Shown here piece by piece: positions 39,989-47,933 of a stretch of DNA of 64,000 nt (position 1 is its first letter; every line of letters begins with the position of its first letter). A program made the position numbers and the translations under genes. The notes under the pieces are model-generated. The model searched no databases. It saw nothing but the letters and a program-made list of their open reading frames with translations, and had not been told where the DNA came from. Source of the DNA: Minisyncoccota bacterium (GTDB taxonomy: Bacteria > Patescibacteriota > Minisyncoccia > Phycocordibacterales > JABMNX01); assembly GCA_040876885.1 (NCBI GenBank), contig JBBDOU010000013.1:6033-70032 (forward strand), read 5' to 3'.

Positions 39989-40515
39989 TACGTTCTAATG
40001 CTGATATTGAAGTTAAAGGCCTCACCTTCGGTAGCACTAAAGGTAAGTCCAACAACATCAACAATGCGCAAACTCGATTCCAAGTCTTTAATAAACCGAA
40101 TAAAATTCTCGTATGTCGCTGAGACCGAGAAACTTAGTATGACCGAGTCAACAGAGTTCTGATTTGCACCAATCACATTTGGTTCTTCTGAGCTCGCCCC
40201 AGAGACGGTAACGTTTCGTGTGCGCATACCGTAATTAGAAGCAATGCTGTCGATATCAAGTATCAGTCGCACATTATCGACATGGTCTGGTAACAGTTTA
40301 TTTAACCGACTCAAGTCTTCTTGAGAAAATGTGTTGTAGCGAGAAAGGAGGGTGTCGCGAATCTCTTGTAGCTCTCGTGACTGGTTGAGTGCTTCGTTGT
40401 ACGTCTTTTCTTCTGCACTCAGTTTTTTAATGTTCTGGTACGTGGGGTCTATGTAGACAAAGAAAAGACCGAGCGCTACTGAGATTAATATAAGTGGAAT
40501 TGCTAAACGTATCAT
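39976..40515 (-). CDS. pilO: PilO-like pilus assembly protein
   Basis: 179 aa, N-terminal TM plus coiled coil. Positioned between the PilN-like and PilP-like genes. Confidence 0.6.
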   Translation of the reverse strand: MIRLAIPLILISVALGLFFVYIDPTYQNIKKLSAEEKTYNEALNQSRELQEIRDTLLSRYNTFSQEDLSRLNKLLPDHVDNVRLILDIDSIASNYGMRTRNVTVSGASSEEPNVIGANQNSVDSVILSFSVSATYENFIRFIKDLESSLRIVDVVGLTFSATEGEAFNFNISIRTYWLK

Positions 40516-40520
40516 AATAA

Positions 40521-41126
40521 TTAATTTACTACTCTATCTAACCGGTTTGCGAAGTTAATAAGGGAAGTGTCGACAAATGCAGACACCGTGAACACCGCTT
40601 CCCCATTCTGACTCAAGTTCAAGTTAGAAAATATAGGGTCCTTGATGACCTTGCTACTTCCAAAGATATCAGCCTGTAGTGCAACACCGCGAAAGTCTCT
40701 CGCGACTCCTTTCATACTAATGCTGATTTTGTCATTACTGACACGAGTCATACTAAAACTTTGGAACTGAACACTTTTTAAAGTGAGGTCCTCCAAAGTC
40801 TCAAAAAGCACTGAAGGGGTGATGTGGTTACCTAAGATTTTTTCTGCTGCTTCAGTCCGTGAATCAATACGTACCAGCTCTTGAATGAGCGCAGGTTCAA
40901 ACGCAGCACGGGTGCGTTCTAATGTTTCTGTCTTTCTCGTTATGTTAACGTTAATAATTTGCTCGTATAAAAATGCCCCAACAGAAAGCACGATAGCACC
41001 GAGTGCTATGATGAGTGTAATAAGCGTGATAAGACCTAAAGGACCACCACCGCTCTTCTTTTGAATATTGGCTGCGGTAGCGAGTGTTTTCTTAGGGATG
41101 AATGATGTCCGAAATTTCGGCTCCAT
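40521..41126 (-). CDS. pilN: PilN-like pilus assembly protein
   Basis: 201 aa, single TM near residue 40, periplasmic domain. Follows pilM. Confidence 0.6.
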   Translation of the reverse strand: MEPKFRTSFIPKKTLATAANIQKKSGGGPLGLITLITLIIALGAIVLSVGAFLYEQIINVNITRKTETLERTRAAFEPALIQELVRIDSRTEAAEKILGNHITPSVLFETLEDLTLKSVQFQSFSMTRVSNDKISISMKGVARDFRGVALQADIFGSSKVIKDPIFSNLNLSQNGEAVFTVSAFVDTSLINFANRLDRVVN

Positions 41127-41144
41127 ATAATTATGTGTAAATGA

Positions 41145-42302
41145 TTAATTAAGTTCTTGAAGTTTACGTAATGCGACACCAACAGCAACAGCAAACTCCG
41201 GTCCAACCTCTTTTAAAACTCCTTCCAAGAACGCGGCTGTCTGAGTTTTAGAGAACGGGTCAGCAATGGTAACTTTTGTGTTAAATCGCGTTTGCGCTTC
41301 TTCAAGCAATCCCTTGAGTGCTGAACCTCCACCCGTAAACAAAACCTTATTAACACTTCGGTTATATTTTCGTTGGTAATTTAATAATACCCTATTAGAT
41401 TCTGAAAATATATGTTCGAGTGTTAATAAAATTGATTCTTTTACTTGGGGCTTCTCTGATGAACCCAGCAGTCCGACCTCTCGTTTCAATCTTTCTGCTT
41501 CAGCGACACTTACTCCGGCAGCGCGCGAAAGAGAAAGTGTTAAATCTTGAGAGCCTTTATTAATAATGTGCGAAATTTTTACAATGCCGAACTCAACCAC
41601 ATAGACTTTTGTTGATGCGGCGCCAATGTCAACAATCATGACAGGTTCTATCCCCTGTCCGACCGCTGATCGAATCGTACTGAAGATTTCAATCTCATAA
41701 AACGACACTGAAAGCCCCGTGTGCTCAAGCACCTCTCGATATTTATTTAATACGGCATTATGAATAGCAACCAACAACACGTTCGTCTGATTTGAAGTCT
41801 CTGGAGTACCGCCTTCTGTCTGCAGGGCGCTATCTTCTTTAGAAAGATATTTACCTTTCTCTGGGGGGATAATAAACCAATCAAGTGTCACCTCTGAAAT
41901 AGGTACGGGGATATATTTTCGCGCCTCAATAGGAATCATTTTGGAAAGTTTGCTTTCTTCTATACCTCCCGGGAACGACATCGTCGAGATAAGACTCGCA
42001 TTAAATGGAATCGAGACACCGCATGCGTCTGTGGTTGTGTTTGCTTCAGTAAGAATATCTTTAAGCGCTTCAGTAAGTTTTGTGGAGCTTAAATTTGTTG
42101 CCCTTCCGATATCAAGGTCAGCGTAGGGACCAAGCGCAAGCTCCCCGTACGTCTCAAGGACCGCAACCCCTCCTTTCTTTTTTAATTGAACCACTTTAAT
42201 AGAAGATGCCCCGATATCGATACCAAGAATACTCCTACTATCTTTGCCTCGAAAACTGAATGATTCGATAAAGTTCTTAACGCTGTCCAGTGGATTTTGC
42301 AT
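41145..42302 (-). CDS. pilM: PilM (actin-like ATPase of the type IV pilus alignment complex)
   Basis: 'ILGIDIGASSIKVVQL' actin-fold phosphate-1 motif. 385 aa. Confidence 0.8.
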   Translation of the reverse strand: MQNPLDSVKNFIESFSFRGKDSRSILGIDIGASSIKVVQLKKKGGVAVLETYGELALGPYADLDIGRATNLSSTKLTEALKDILTEANTTTDACGVSIPFNASLISTMSFPGGIEESKLSKMIPIEARKYIPVPISEVTLDWFIIPPEKGKYLSKEDSALQTEGGTPETSNQTNVLLVAIHNAVLNKYREVLEHTGLSVSFYEIEIFSTIRSAVGQGIEPVMIVDIGAASTKVYVVEFGIVKISHIINKGSQDLTLSLSRAAGVSVAEAERLKREVGLLGSSEKPQVKESILLTLEHIFSESNRVLLNYQRKYNRSVNKVLFTGGGSALKGLLEEAQTRFNTKVTIADPFSKTQTAAFLEGVLKEVGPEFAVAVGVALRKLQELN

Positions 42303-42351
42303 ATATACATTATTATAGTAAATAAGTAGTTTAAACGCACGGAATATACAT

Positions 42352-42996
42352 ATGAGACATCGTATTACATTACTTTTGAAAACAATTCTCGATATTATAT
42401 TTCCTCAAGCAGGTATTGAGCGTGATATCGCGAACACTTCTCCAGAGACCCTTATTAAAAAACTCTCCCTCGATACCCACGAGAAGGTGCACTTCCTCTT
42501 CCGCTATAAAGACCCACTGATTAAGCAAATGATTTGGAGGCTCAAGTATAAGAAAGACACACACGTGGCACACCTTTTTGCGGTACTGCTCCACGACACA
42601 CTTTTAGAGGAGCTCTCGGACACACAACTCTTCTCTGGAGATACAGAAACCGTTATTGTCCCAATTCCTCTCTCAAAAAGACGTGCGCGAGAACGTGGCT
42701 ACAACCAAATGAAGCTCGTCACGAACGAGCTTCTTGCCCTTGGCGGATGTGCTGTTGACGTAGACCTTCTGGTAAAGAAGCGACACACAAAACCGCAGAC
42801 CTCACTCACTCATAAATCTGAGCGAGTACATAATATAAAAGAAGCGTTTGCAGTAACGTCTAAAAAAGACCTCAAAAACACACGAATATTGCTTCTTGAT
42901 GACGTCCTCACCACCGGAAGTACACTCGCTGAAGCAAAAAAGACACTCCTACAGGCAGGAGCTCGGAGTGTTTCTTGTATAGCACTTGCACATTAA
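42352..42996 (+). CDS. comFC: ComF-family phosphoribosyltransferase-domain competence protein (ComFC-like)
   Basis: 'ILLLDDVLTTGSTLAEA' type-I PRTase PRPP motif at the C-terminus. Divergent from pilM. Confidence 0.75.
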   Translation: MRHRITLLLKTILDIIFPQAGIERDIANTSPETLIKKLSLDTHEKVHFLFRYKDPLIKQMIWRLKYKKDTHVAHLFAVLLHDTLLEELSDTQLFSGDTETVIVPIPLSKRRARERGYNQMKLVTNELLALGGCAVDVDLLVKKRHTKPQTSLTHKSERVHNIKEAFAVTSKKDLKNTRILLLDDVLTTGSTLAEAKKTLLQAGARSVSCIALAH

Positions 42997-43038
42997 CTTA
43001 TACAGTAAATAACAAATACTCGCGTTATTTAAAGGCCC

Positions 43039-43443
43039 CTAATTTATTACGAGTAGCGTGATTTGTAAGATGGTAGCAAATGCACCCCAAAAAAAATATG
43101 GCGCAAGGAGAACGACAACGATTTTTGACTGCGGGTATATCTTATAAAGGAGCGCACTCAATGTACCGAGTACAACTAATATATCTACAGTTGCGAGAAA
43201 CTGGTTGCCTAACACGAGTTGAATTGGCGTAAACGCAAGGTTTGCGAGAATGTTGACAGCATACAGTAAAAGGAGATTACCGGAAACCCGTCTCTTTAGT
43301 ACAAGATATAGTAAGTATACAAGCGCGAGCGCCATTAGTGGGTAGATAATTCCCCACGCTACACCAAAGACCCAATCTGGTGGAGCAAAGAAAGGTTTGG
43401 TTATTGATTGATAGTACGTTTGATAATCCATAAGAGATATCAT
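43039..43443 (-). CDS. TspO/MBR-family (tryptophan-rich sensory protein-like) membrane protein
   Basis: 'KPFFAPPDWVFGVAWGIIYPLMALA' resembles the TspO 'KPxWxPPxWxFxxxWxxLY' motif. Shorter than usual (134 aa). Confidence 0.65.
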   Translation of the reverse strand: MISLMDYQTYYQSITKPFFAPPDWVFGVAWGIIYPLMALALVYLLYLVLKRRVSGNLLLLYAVNILANLAFTPIQLVLGNQFLATVDILVVLGTLSALLYKIYPQSKIVVVLLAPYFFWGAFATILQITLLVIN

Positions 43444-43604
43444 ACTTAATTATCTTAGATAACCAAAACAAAAAATCTGAAGGGTGCTCAAGCGCGCTCA
43501 AGTCATGTGGTACCCAACAAGACTTAGATACCACTTAGAGTAAAGATAAAATTATGGTATCGTAGTGGGACTTGAAGACATGATTGAGTGAGTAAATCAA
43601 GTAA

Positions 43605-43624
43605 TGGAGACGTGGCTGAGTGGA
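43605..43624. repeat. 20-bp direct repeat of the tRNA-Ser 5' end (second copy at 43765-43784), followed by hairpin-rich spacer
   Basis: atggagacgtggctgagtgg occurs twice. The spacer contains a perfect 12-bp hairpin, ATTCAATAGTAC-CTTC-GTACTATTGAAT, and a second hairpin, TTCAGG-TTCCAA-CCTGAA. Confidence 0.7.
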
Positions 43625-43766
43625 TTCAATAGTACCTTCGTACTATTGAATCCGGTTCAGGTTCCAACCTGAAACAGTCGTTGTCGAGTACGCGAGACAG
43701 ACTGTAGGAGGAAACAGAGATTGTGCTACCTTTAAAGACAAAGTGCGCAGAGCATAATCAAATACA

Positions 43767-43852
43767 TGGAGACGTGGCTGAGTGGCCGAAAGCGCCTCAC
43801 TGCTAACGAGGTAGGGTGAAAGCCCTCGTGGGTTCGAATCCCACCGTCTCCG
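43767..43852 (+). tRNA. tRNA-Ser (anticodon GCU), long variable arm
   Basis: GGAGACG/CGTCTCC acceptor, D-arm TGGCTGAGTGGCCGAAAGCGCC, anticodon loop CTGCTAA, extended variable arm, T-arm GTGGG-TTCGAAT-CCCAC. Confidence 0.88.
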
Positions 43853-43911
43853 CAGCGACAATTTTTTATCGGAAGACCCGAAGGCCTGTATCCAGGGCTT
43901 GTAGAAACTTA

Positions 43912-44844
43912 TTAACCATAGTTAGCAGGACGAGCTAGTCCAAGTTCTTCAACGTAATCTCTAAGGTTACGATTTTTATCCTTTACCTGTTCTCGATACC
44001 TCCTTATTTGACTTAGCAAGAACTCGTCTTGGCTCTTATTGAGTGTATTTTCAGCTTCTTCAAGCATTTTTAGTGCTTTACTAAATTTGCTACAAGTATT
44101 GAGTTTGATGGCATAGTTATACAAAGCATGAGCCTTGCCAGACTGATCAGAATCATTAGCAAATTCATCAACCGTTAGCTGTGCGTATTTAAATGACGCC
44201 TCTCTCATTTTAAGAATCTTCTTTCTGTTATCCGACTGGTATAGGTACAAAAAAAGATTCCATCGTCTAATAAAACGATTATTATTTACCTTACTTTTGA
44301 TTCTACCGCCATTCATATACTTTTGAAGGTAATGCAAATACATGGTTGAGTAGTAATCAGCTAATTGAAGATATACTCTCGCAATAAGCGGTGCAGGCCA
44401 TTTTTTCCTATTCAAATCCTCAATTATTTTCTTAGCAAGATTTTGTGTCTCCTCGTCAAGTTTATCCGAAAGCTTCTCAATTTGTTCGTACTCATCTTTG
44501 TTTGCTTCAAGTGCAAAACCTATCCATGGAAATACATTTTCTGCTAACCTAAGATTCTTTTGTCTATAAACCATCATAGAGAGCTCATGTACCAAGCAAT
44601 TCAATTTTTCAGACTCAAAATACAGAACATCATCCCACTTGCCGTATGCAGTGGAAATAGGAATCACTTCATTTAGTCGCTCTGATAACTTATAGATGCG
44701 CGTAATGTCTTTAGCAGTCACGGCAAATCTCTTTACAGCTTCAACTTTTTGAAGGTCATTTGTGTTTTCGTAGAGTTTCTCAAGTAAAGCATTTGCTTCA
44801 TCGAAAGATCCTCGCGATATGAGATTATCTATTTCTTGAAACAT
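43912..44844 (-). CDS. All-alpha hypothetical protein, downstream partner of the DUF4238-like gene
   Basis: 310 aa, helical/coiled-coil rich, no recognised motif. Its start overlaps the upstream gene stop by 20 nt. Confidence 0.55.
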   Translation of the reverse strand: MFQEIDNLISRGSFDEANALLEKLYENTNDLQKVEAVKRFAVTAKDITRIYKLSERLNEVIPISTAYGKWDDVLYFESEKLNCLVHELSMMVYRQKNLRLAENVFPWIGFALEANKDEYEQIEKLSDKLDEETQNLAKKIIEDLNRKKWPAPLIARVYLQLADYYSTMYLHYLQKYMNGGRIKSKVNNNRFIRRWNLFLYLYQSDNRKKILKMREASFKYAQLTVDEFANDSDQSGKAHALYNYAIKLNTCSKFSKALKMLEEAENTLNKSQDEFLLSQIRRYREQVKDKNRNLRDYVEELGLARPANYG

Positions 44845-45742
44845 ACTTTCGACGTCTATACCAGTTTAGTGTTTTGTGCTTCAAAACTCTACCCATAAAC
44901 AATGGGTCTCTAGGCATACGATTGAACCACATCTTCTTTGTCTTCGGCGAATTAACAATAAAGTATTTGTGGGAGTGACCGTAGGTCATTCGGTTCCAAT
45001 CATCAACCTGATTTTTGTTGAAGCCCAAATAACCTCTGAGATTATTAATCCAGCTGAAACATACTGCTATTTCTGGTGACAATGGCATCCTTAGCTCAAC
45101 ATGTTTTTGTCCAAGTCCTGGAGAATACATCGGATGGAATTGCATCCTACTGTTAAAAAGGAATGCTGGTGCATCTGAGGTAATAAAACATGCTTTAGAT
45201 TGAGAGCACATAAATGCAATATTCATTTCCATTAGAATTTTTGTCATCTCGGGTACCATTTCAATAATACTAAAGCTATGGGCGTTTTTCTTTTTTTCGA
45301 ACCATTCCTGTTTTGCCTTCGATGCTTTTCCTGTCTCATTTTCAAATGCACTGAGTCTTTCTATGATCTGATCAAACATATGTTCAATGTTTTCTTTTTG
45401 CGGAACCGTTCTTTGAAGCATTGAAGCCACAAAAGCACAGAAATATAGATGCTCTTCCATATTCAGCGGGAGTTTCTGTTTAATTTTGGAATCAAATATT
45501 TTTGAGTACTTGTCTTCAATTTGTTGTAACGATGTCTCTACACTGAAATCATCGGTGCCAATGGTGTAAAAGTGCTCACTAGTTAAAGTGCTCCTTATGT
45601 GTTGATCTCTACCAATCTTGTCTTTTTTACTGAACACCCACACACGCTTACCCTTATTTTTAGGTAGATTGTAGTCAACAAAATTTTTCAGGTGGCACTT
45701 GGGTATTATGTGTTGGTCAATAGGATTAGATGTAGTCATCAC
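44825..45742 (-). CDS. DUF4238-like protein (candidate anti-phage defence protein)
   Basis: 305 aa. N-terminal 'QHIIPKCHLKNF' (H-x-IP-x3-LK-x-F) and 'CFITSDAPAF' (TSDxP), recalled as the two hallmark DUF4238 motifs. Confidence 0.55.
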   Translation of the reverse strand: MMTTSNPIDQHIIPKCHLKNFVDYNLPKNKGKRVWVFSKKDKIGRDQHIRSTLTSEHFYTIGTDDFSVETSLQQIEDKYSKIFDSKIKQKLPLNMEEHLYFCAFVASMLQRTVPQKENIEHMFDQIIERLSAFENETGKASKAKQEWFEKKKNAHSFSIIEMVPEMTKILMEMNIAFMCSQSKACFITSDAPAFLFNSRMQFHPMYSPGLGQKHVELRMPLSPEIAVCFSWINNLRGYLGFNKNQVDDWNRMTYGHSHKYFIVNSPKTKKMWFNRMPRDPLFMGRVLKHKTLNWYRRRKYVSRNR

Positions 45743-46180
45743 TACGAAGTATATGGAAAATTGATTGTTTTACCAGACCTACCCTATCAATTCAACTTTC
45801 TTGTCCTTCACCGTTAATCTACTCTTGAGACAATTCATCAGCTCTCGCTTCTCATCATTGGTGCCCTCCTGTAGGAGATATTTAGCGTACGTTCTCATAT
45901 CAAACTCTTTGATCTTTGATTCGTCTTCGTGCAGAATCCCTTTTCTAAATTTATTGAATCGTTTCAGTTCATCCTCAAACTTCTTTTGAATACCAAGCTC
46001 ACTAACGCAGACCGCAGTGTATTGCGCCTCGGGCCGTCACAAAGAATGAATAAAAATCATAAAATCAAATGACGCGCCTTTTGAAGTTCTGAAGTAGTGG
46101 ACATGTCTTTCAAAAGTTTAATTAATGGGTTAAGATTTGAGTGCCGTACATTTTATAAACAGAAATGAGGAGATTTGAAA

Positions 46181-46396
46181 ATGGGCCTACATGGAAGCCA
46201 TGTAACACGAATGTCTGATGCTTCTTCGTTCGACGAAATCTGCGTTAACTGCGGAGCTACCGACACAATCGGTGGCTGGGGGAGACTTGCCGAACCCTGC
46301 TCTAAATCTGTAAAAGACGGTGGAATGACCATCGAAGAGTGGGCAGAGAAAGACAAAGAGCGAATTAAAAGGATTGCAGAACAACTTGGGGCCTGA
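46181..46396 (+). CDS. Small Cys-containing hypothetical protein
   Basis: 71 aa. GAGGAG RBS 9 nt upstream of the ATG. 'CVNCG...C' motif. Followed by a terminator. Confidence 0.55.
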   Translation: MGLHGSHVTRMSDASSFDEICVNCGATDTIGGWGRLAEPCSKSVKDGGMTIEEWAEKDKERIKRIAEQLGA

Positions 46397-46415
46397 CGAG
46401 CCCTTCCAAGCAATG

Positions 46416-46450
46416 GGGACTGTCGCATTTTGCTACAGTCCCTTTTTCTT
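46416..46450 (+). terminator. Rho-independent terminator
   Basis: GGGACTGT-CGCATTTTGCT-ACAGTCCC followed by TTTTTCTTTCTC. Confidence 0.65.
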
Positions 46451-46480
46451 TCTCAAAAAAAGAGTGTACACTAAGCCCAT

Positions 46481-46801
46481 ATGAACATAATCTTAACGAC
46501 AACAGAATCAATTGCAGGGCGTGAAGTAGCAGAGACACTTGGACTCGTAAAAGGTAACACTATCCAAACGCGACACATCGGAAGCGGCATTGTCGCAGGA
46601 CTCAAGTCAATTGTCGGAGGTGAAATACGAAGCTATGTGAAAGCATTTACCAAAGCTCGTGACGAAGCGACAGAGCGAATGCTTACTGAAGCCGAGGCGC
46701 TTGGCGCAGATGGAGTCATTTGTGTGCGATACTCAACTTCTCAAATTATGGCAGGTGGTGCCGAAATCCTCGCCTACGGAACCGCTGTCAAGCTAAAATA
46801 G
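46481..46801 (+). CDS. YbjQ/UPF0145 (DUF74) family protein
   Basis: 106 aa. 'MNIILTTTESIAGREVAETLGLVKGNTIQ...GADGVICVRY' matches the YbjQ family. Confidence 0.85.
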   Translation: MNIILTTTESIAGREVAETLGLVKGNTIQTRHIGSGIVAGLKSIVGGEIRSYVKAFTKARDEATERMLTEAEALGADGVICVRYSTSQIMAGGAEILAYGTAVKLK

Positions 46802-46848
46802 TCTCTTTTTTAGGCAGTCAGATATTTTTTTTGATATACTACCGACAT

Positions 46849-47370
46849 ATGAATACACACACATTGGGCATAGGGATTATTGTTATTATCGTAGTCGTTG
46901 GAGGATTCTTTTTCTTTACTAATAAAGCTGAGGCACCAGACAGTGCACTTCCGGTAAACACTGCAGATACTTCTTTCTATGAAGAAGGGGGTCCTGTTGT
47001 TGAATCAGAGAGCGACACTATGGGCACAGAAGACGCACCAATCTCACTACCAAACGAAGGGGAACGTGTTGTGAGCGTTGTGACATACACCGATGATGGT
47101 TTTTCTCCAGCAGAAATTGAGATACAAAAAGGTGACACAGTTCGATTTGAAAATAAAAGCTCTGACAGAATGTGGGTTGGTGCTGACATCCATCCAACAC
47201 ACTCCCTGTACCCAGTAAAATCAAGTGACGATTGTCTTGGGAGCTCATTTGATCAATGTCGAGCAAGTGTCGCAGGCGAGTCATGGGAATTTACGTTTGA
47301 TGAGGTGGGAGACTGGCGATACCACAACCATACTCGTGCATCGAAGCGTGGGACTGTCACCGTGAAGTAA
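46849..47370 (+). CDS. Membrane-anchored cupredoxin-like protein (putative metal-binding)
   Basis: N-terminal TM helix. C-terminal beta-rich domain 'EIEIQKGDTVRFENKSSDRMWVGADIHPTH...C...C...YHNH' with His/Cys ligand candidates. Start chosen at the internal ATG of the annotated 46720 ORF. Confidence 0.45.
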   Translation: MNTHTLGIGIIVIIVVVGGFFFFTNKAEAPDSALPVNTADTSFYEEGGPVVESESDTMGTEDAPISLPNEGERVVSVVTYTDDGFSPAEIEIQKGDTVRFENKSSDRMWVGADIHPTHSLYPVKSSDDCLGSSFDQCRASVAGESWEFTFDEVGDWRYHNHTRASKRGTVTVK

Positions 47371-47388
47371 TCTACATGCTATCATCAT

Positions 47389-47739
47389 ATGAATCGTGAA
47401 CACGTAACAGATTGGGTACTTCGAATCGGGTTTAGTTTTGCATTTCTCTACCCTCCCATCTCAGCGCTCGCCAATCCGTACGCATGGATTGGCTATTTTC
47501 CTCTTTTTGTAACCAATATCTTCCCCGACGCAATCCTCTTGCTTCATATCTTTGGAGTACTTGAAATTATTATTGCGCTCTGGGTGCTTTCTGGAAAACA
47601 TATCGTTATACCAAGTGCAGCGGGAGTTCTTATGCTCCTCGGAATTATTGTGTTTAACTTCTCTCAGATGGACGTCCTCTTCCGCGATGTTCCTATTCTC
47701 CTTATAGGAATTGCGCTTATACTGACGCATAGAAAGTAA
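47389..47739 (+). CDS. DoxX-like small membrane protein
   Basis: 116 aa with 3-4 hydrophobic helices and a general DoxX-like pattern. Confidence 0.5.
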   Translation: MNREHVTDWVLRIGFSFAFLYPPISALANPYAWIGYFPLFVTNIFPDAILLLHIFGVLEIIIALWVLSGKHIVIPSAAGVLMLLGIIVFNFSQMDVLFRDVPILLIGIALILTHRK

Positions 47740-47770
47740 AAATCCCCACATGTGTATGTGAGGATTTGGG
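47740..47770. terminator. Bidirectional hairpin terminator
   Basis: AAATCCCCACA-TGTGTA-TGTGAGGATTT. A T-run follows on the minus strand (GGGGATTTTTAC). Confidence 0.5.
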
Positions 47771-47775
47771 GATTT

Positions 47776-47840
47776 GGGGGCTAGCCGGAGTCGAACCGGA
47801 GGGCTATCATCCTGCGGCTCCTACCGCTCGCCTTCGCCCG
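47776..47840 (-). other. Degenerate tRNA-like element (T-arm and 3' acceptor present, 5' half not canonical)
   Basis: Minus strand reads ...CCGG-TTCGACT-CCGG-CTAGCCCCC (good T-arm/acceptor 3' strand), but the 5' ~39 nt cannot be folded into acceptor, D and anticodon arms. Confidence 0.3.
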
Positions 47841-47933
47841 TAAATCATGCTCTATATATAGTATATCACTTTGATTCGTATTTGTCAAGATGCGCTATCG
47901 TATAGTTGTTATTTCTATTGGTATACTAAAGCA

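Noticed and set aside
43603-43766. Second tRNA-Ser gene or intron-containing tRNA
   Set aside because: Only the first 18-20 nt match tRNA-Ser. The remainder cannot form anticodon or T arms and no matching 3' acceptor strand exists. The intact gene at 43767 is complete without an intron.
45765-45989. Plus-strand 74-aa ORF in the intergenic region upstream of the DUF4238 gene
   Set aside because: Low-complexity Ser/Phe/Leu-rich translation. The opposite strand carries a more plausible short ORF in operon orientation. Neither is well supported.
46720-46848. 5' extension of the cupredoxin-like ORF overlapping the YbjQ gene
   Set aside because: The extension overlaps the YbjQ coding region in another frame. 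The internal ATG at 46849 precedes a TM helix and gives a sensible protein.
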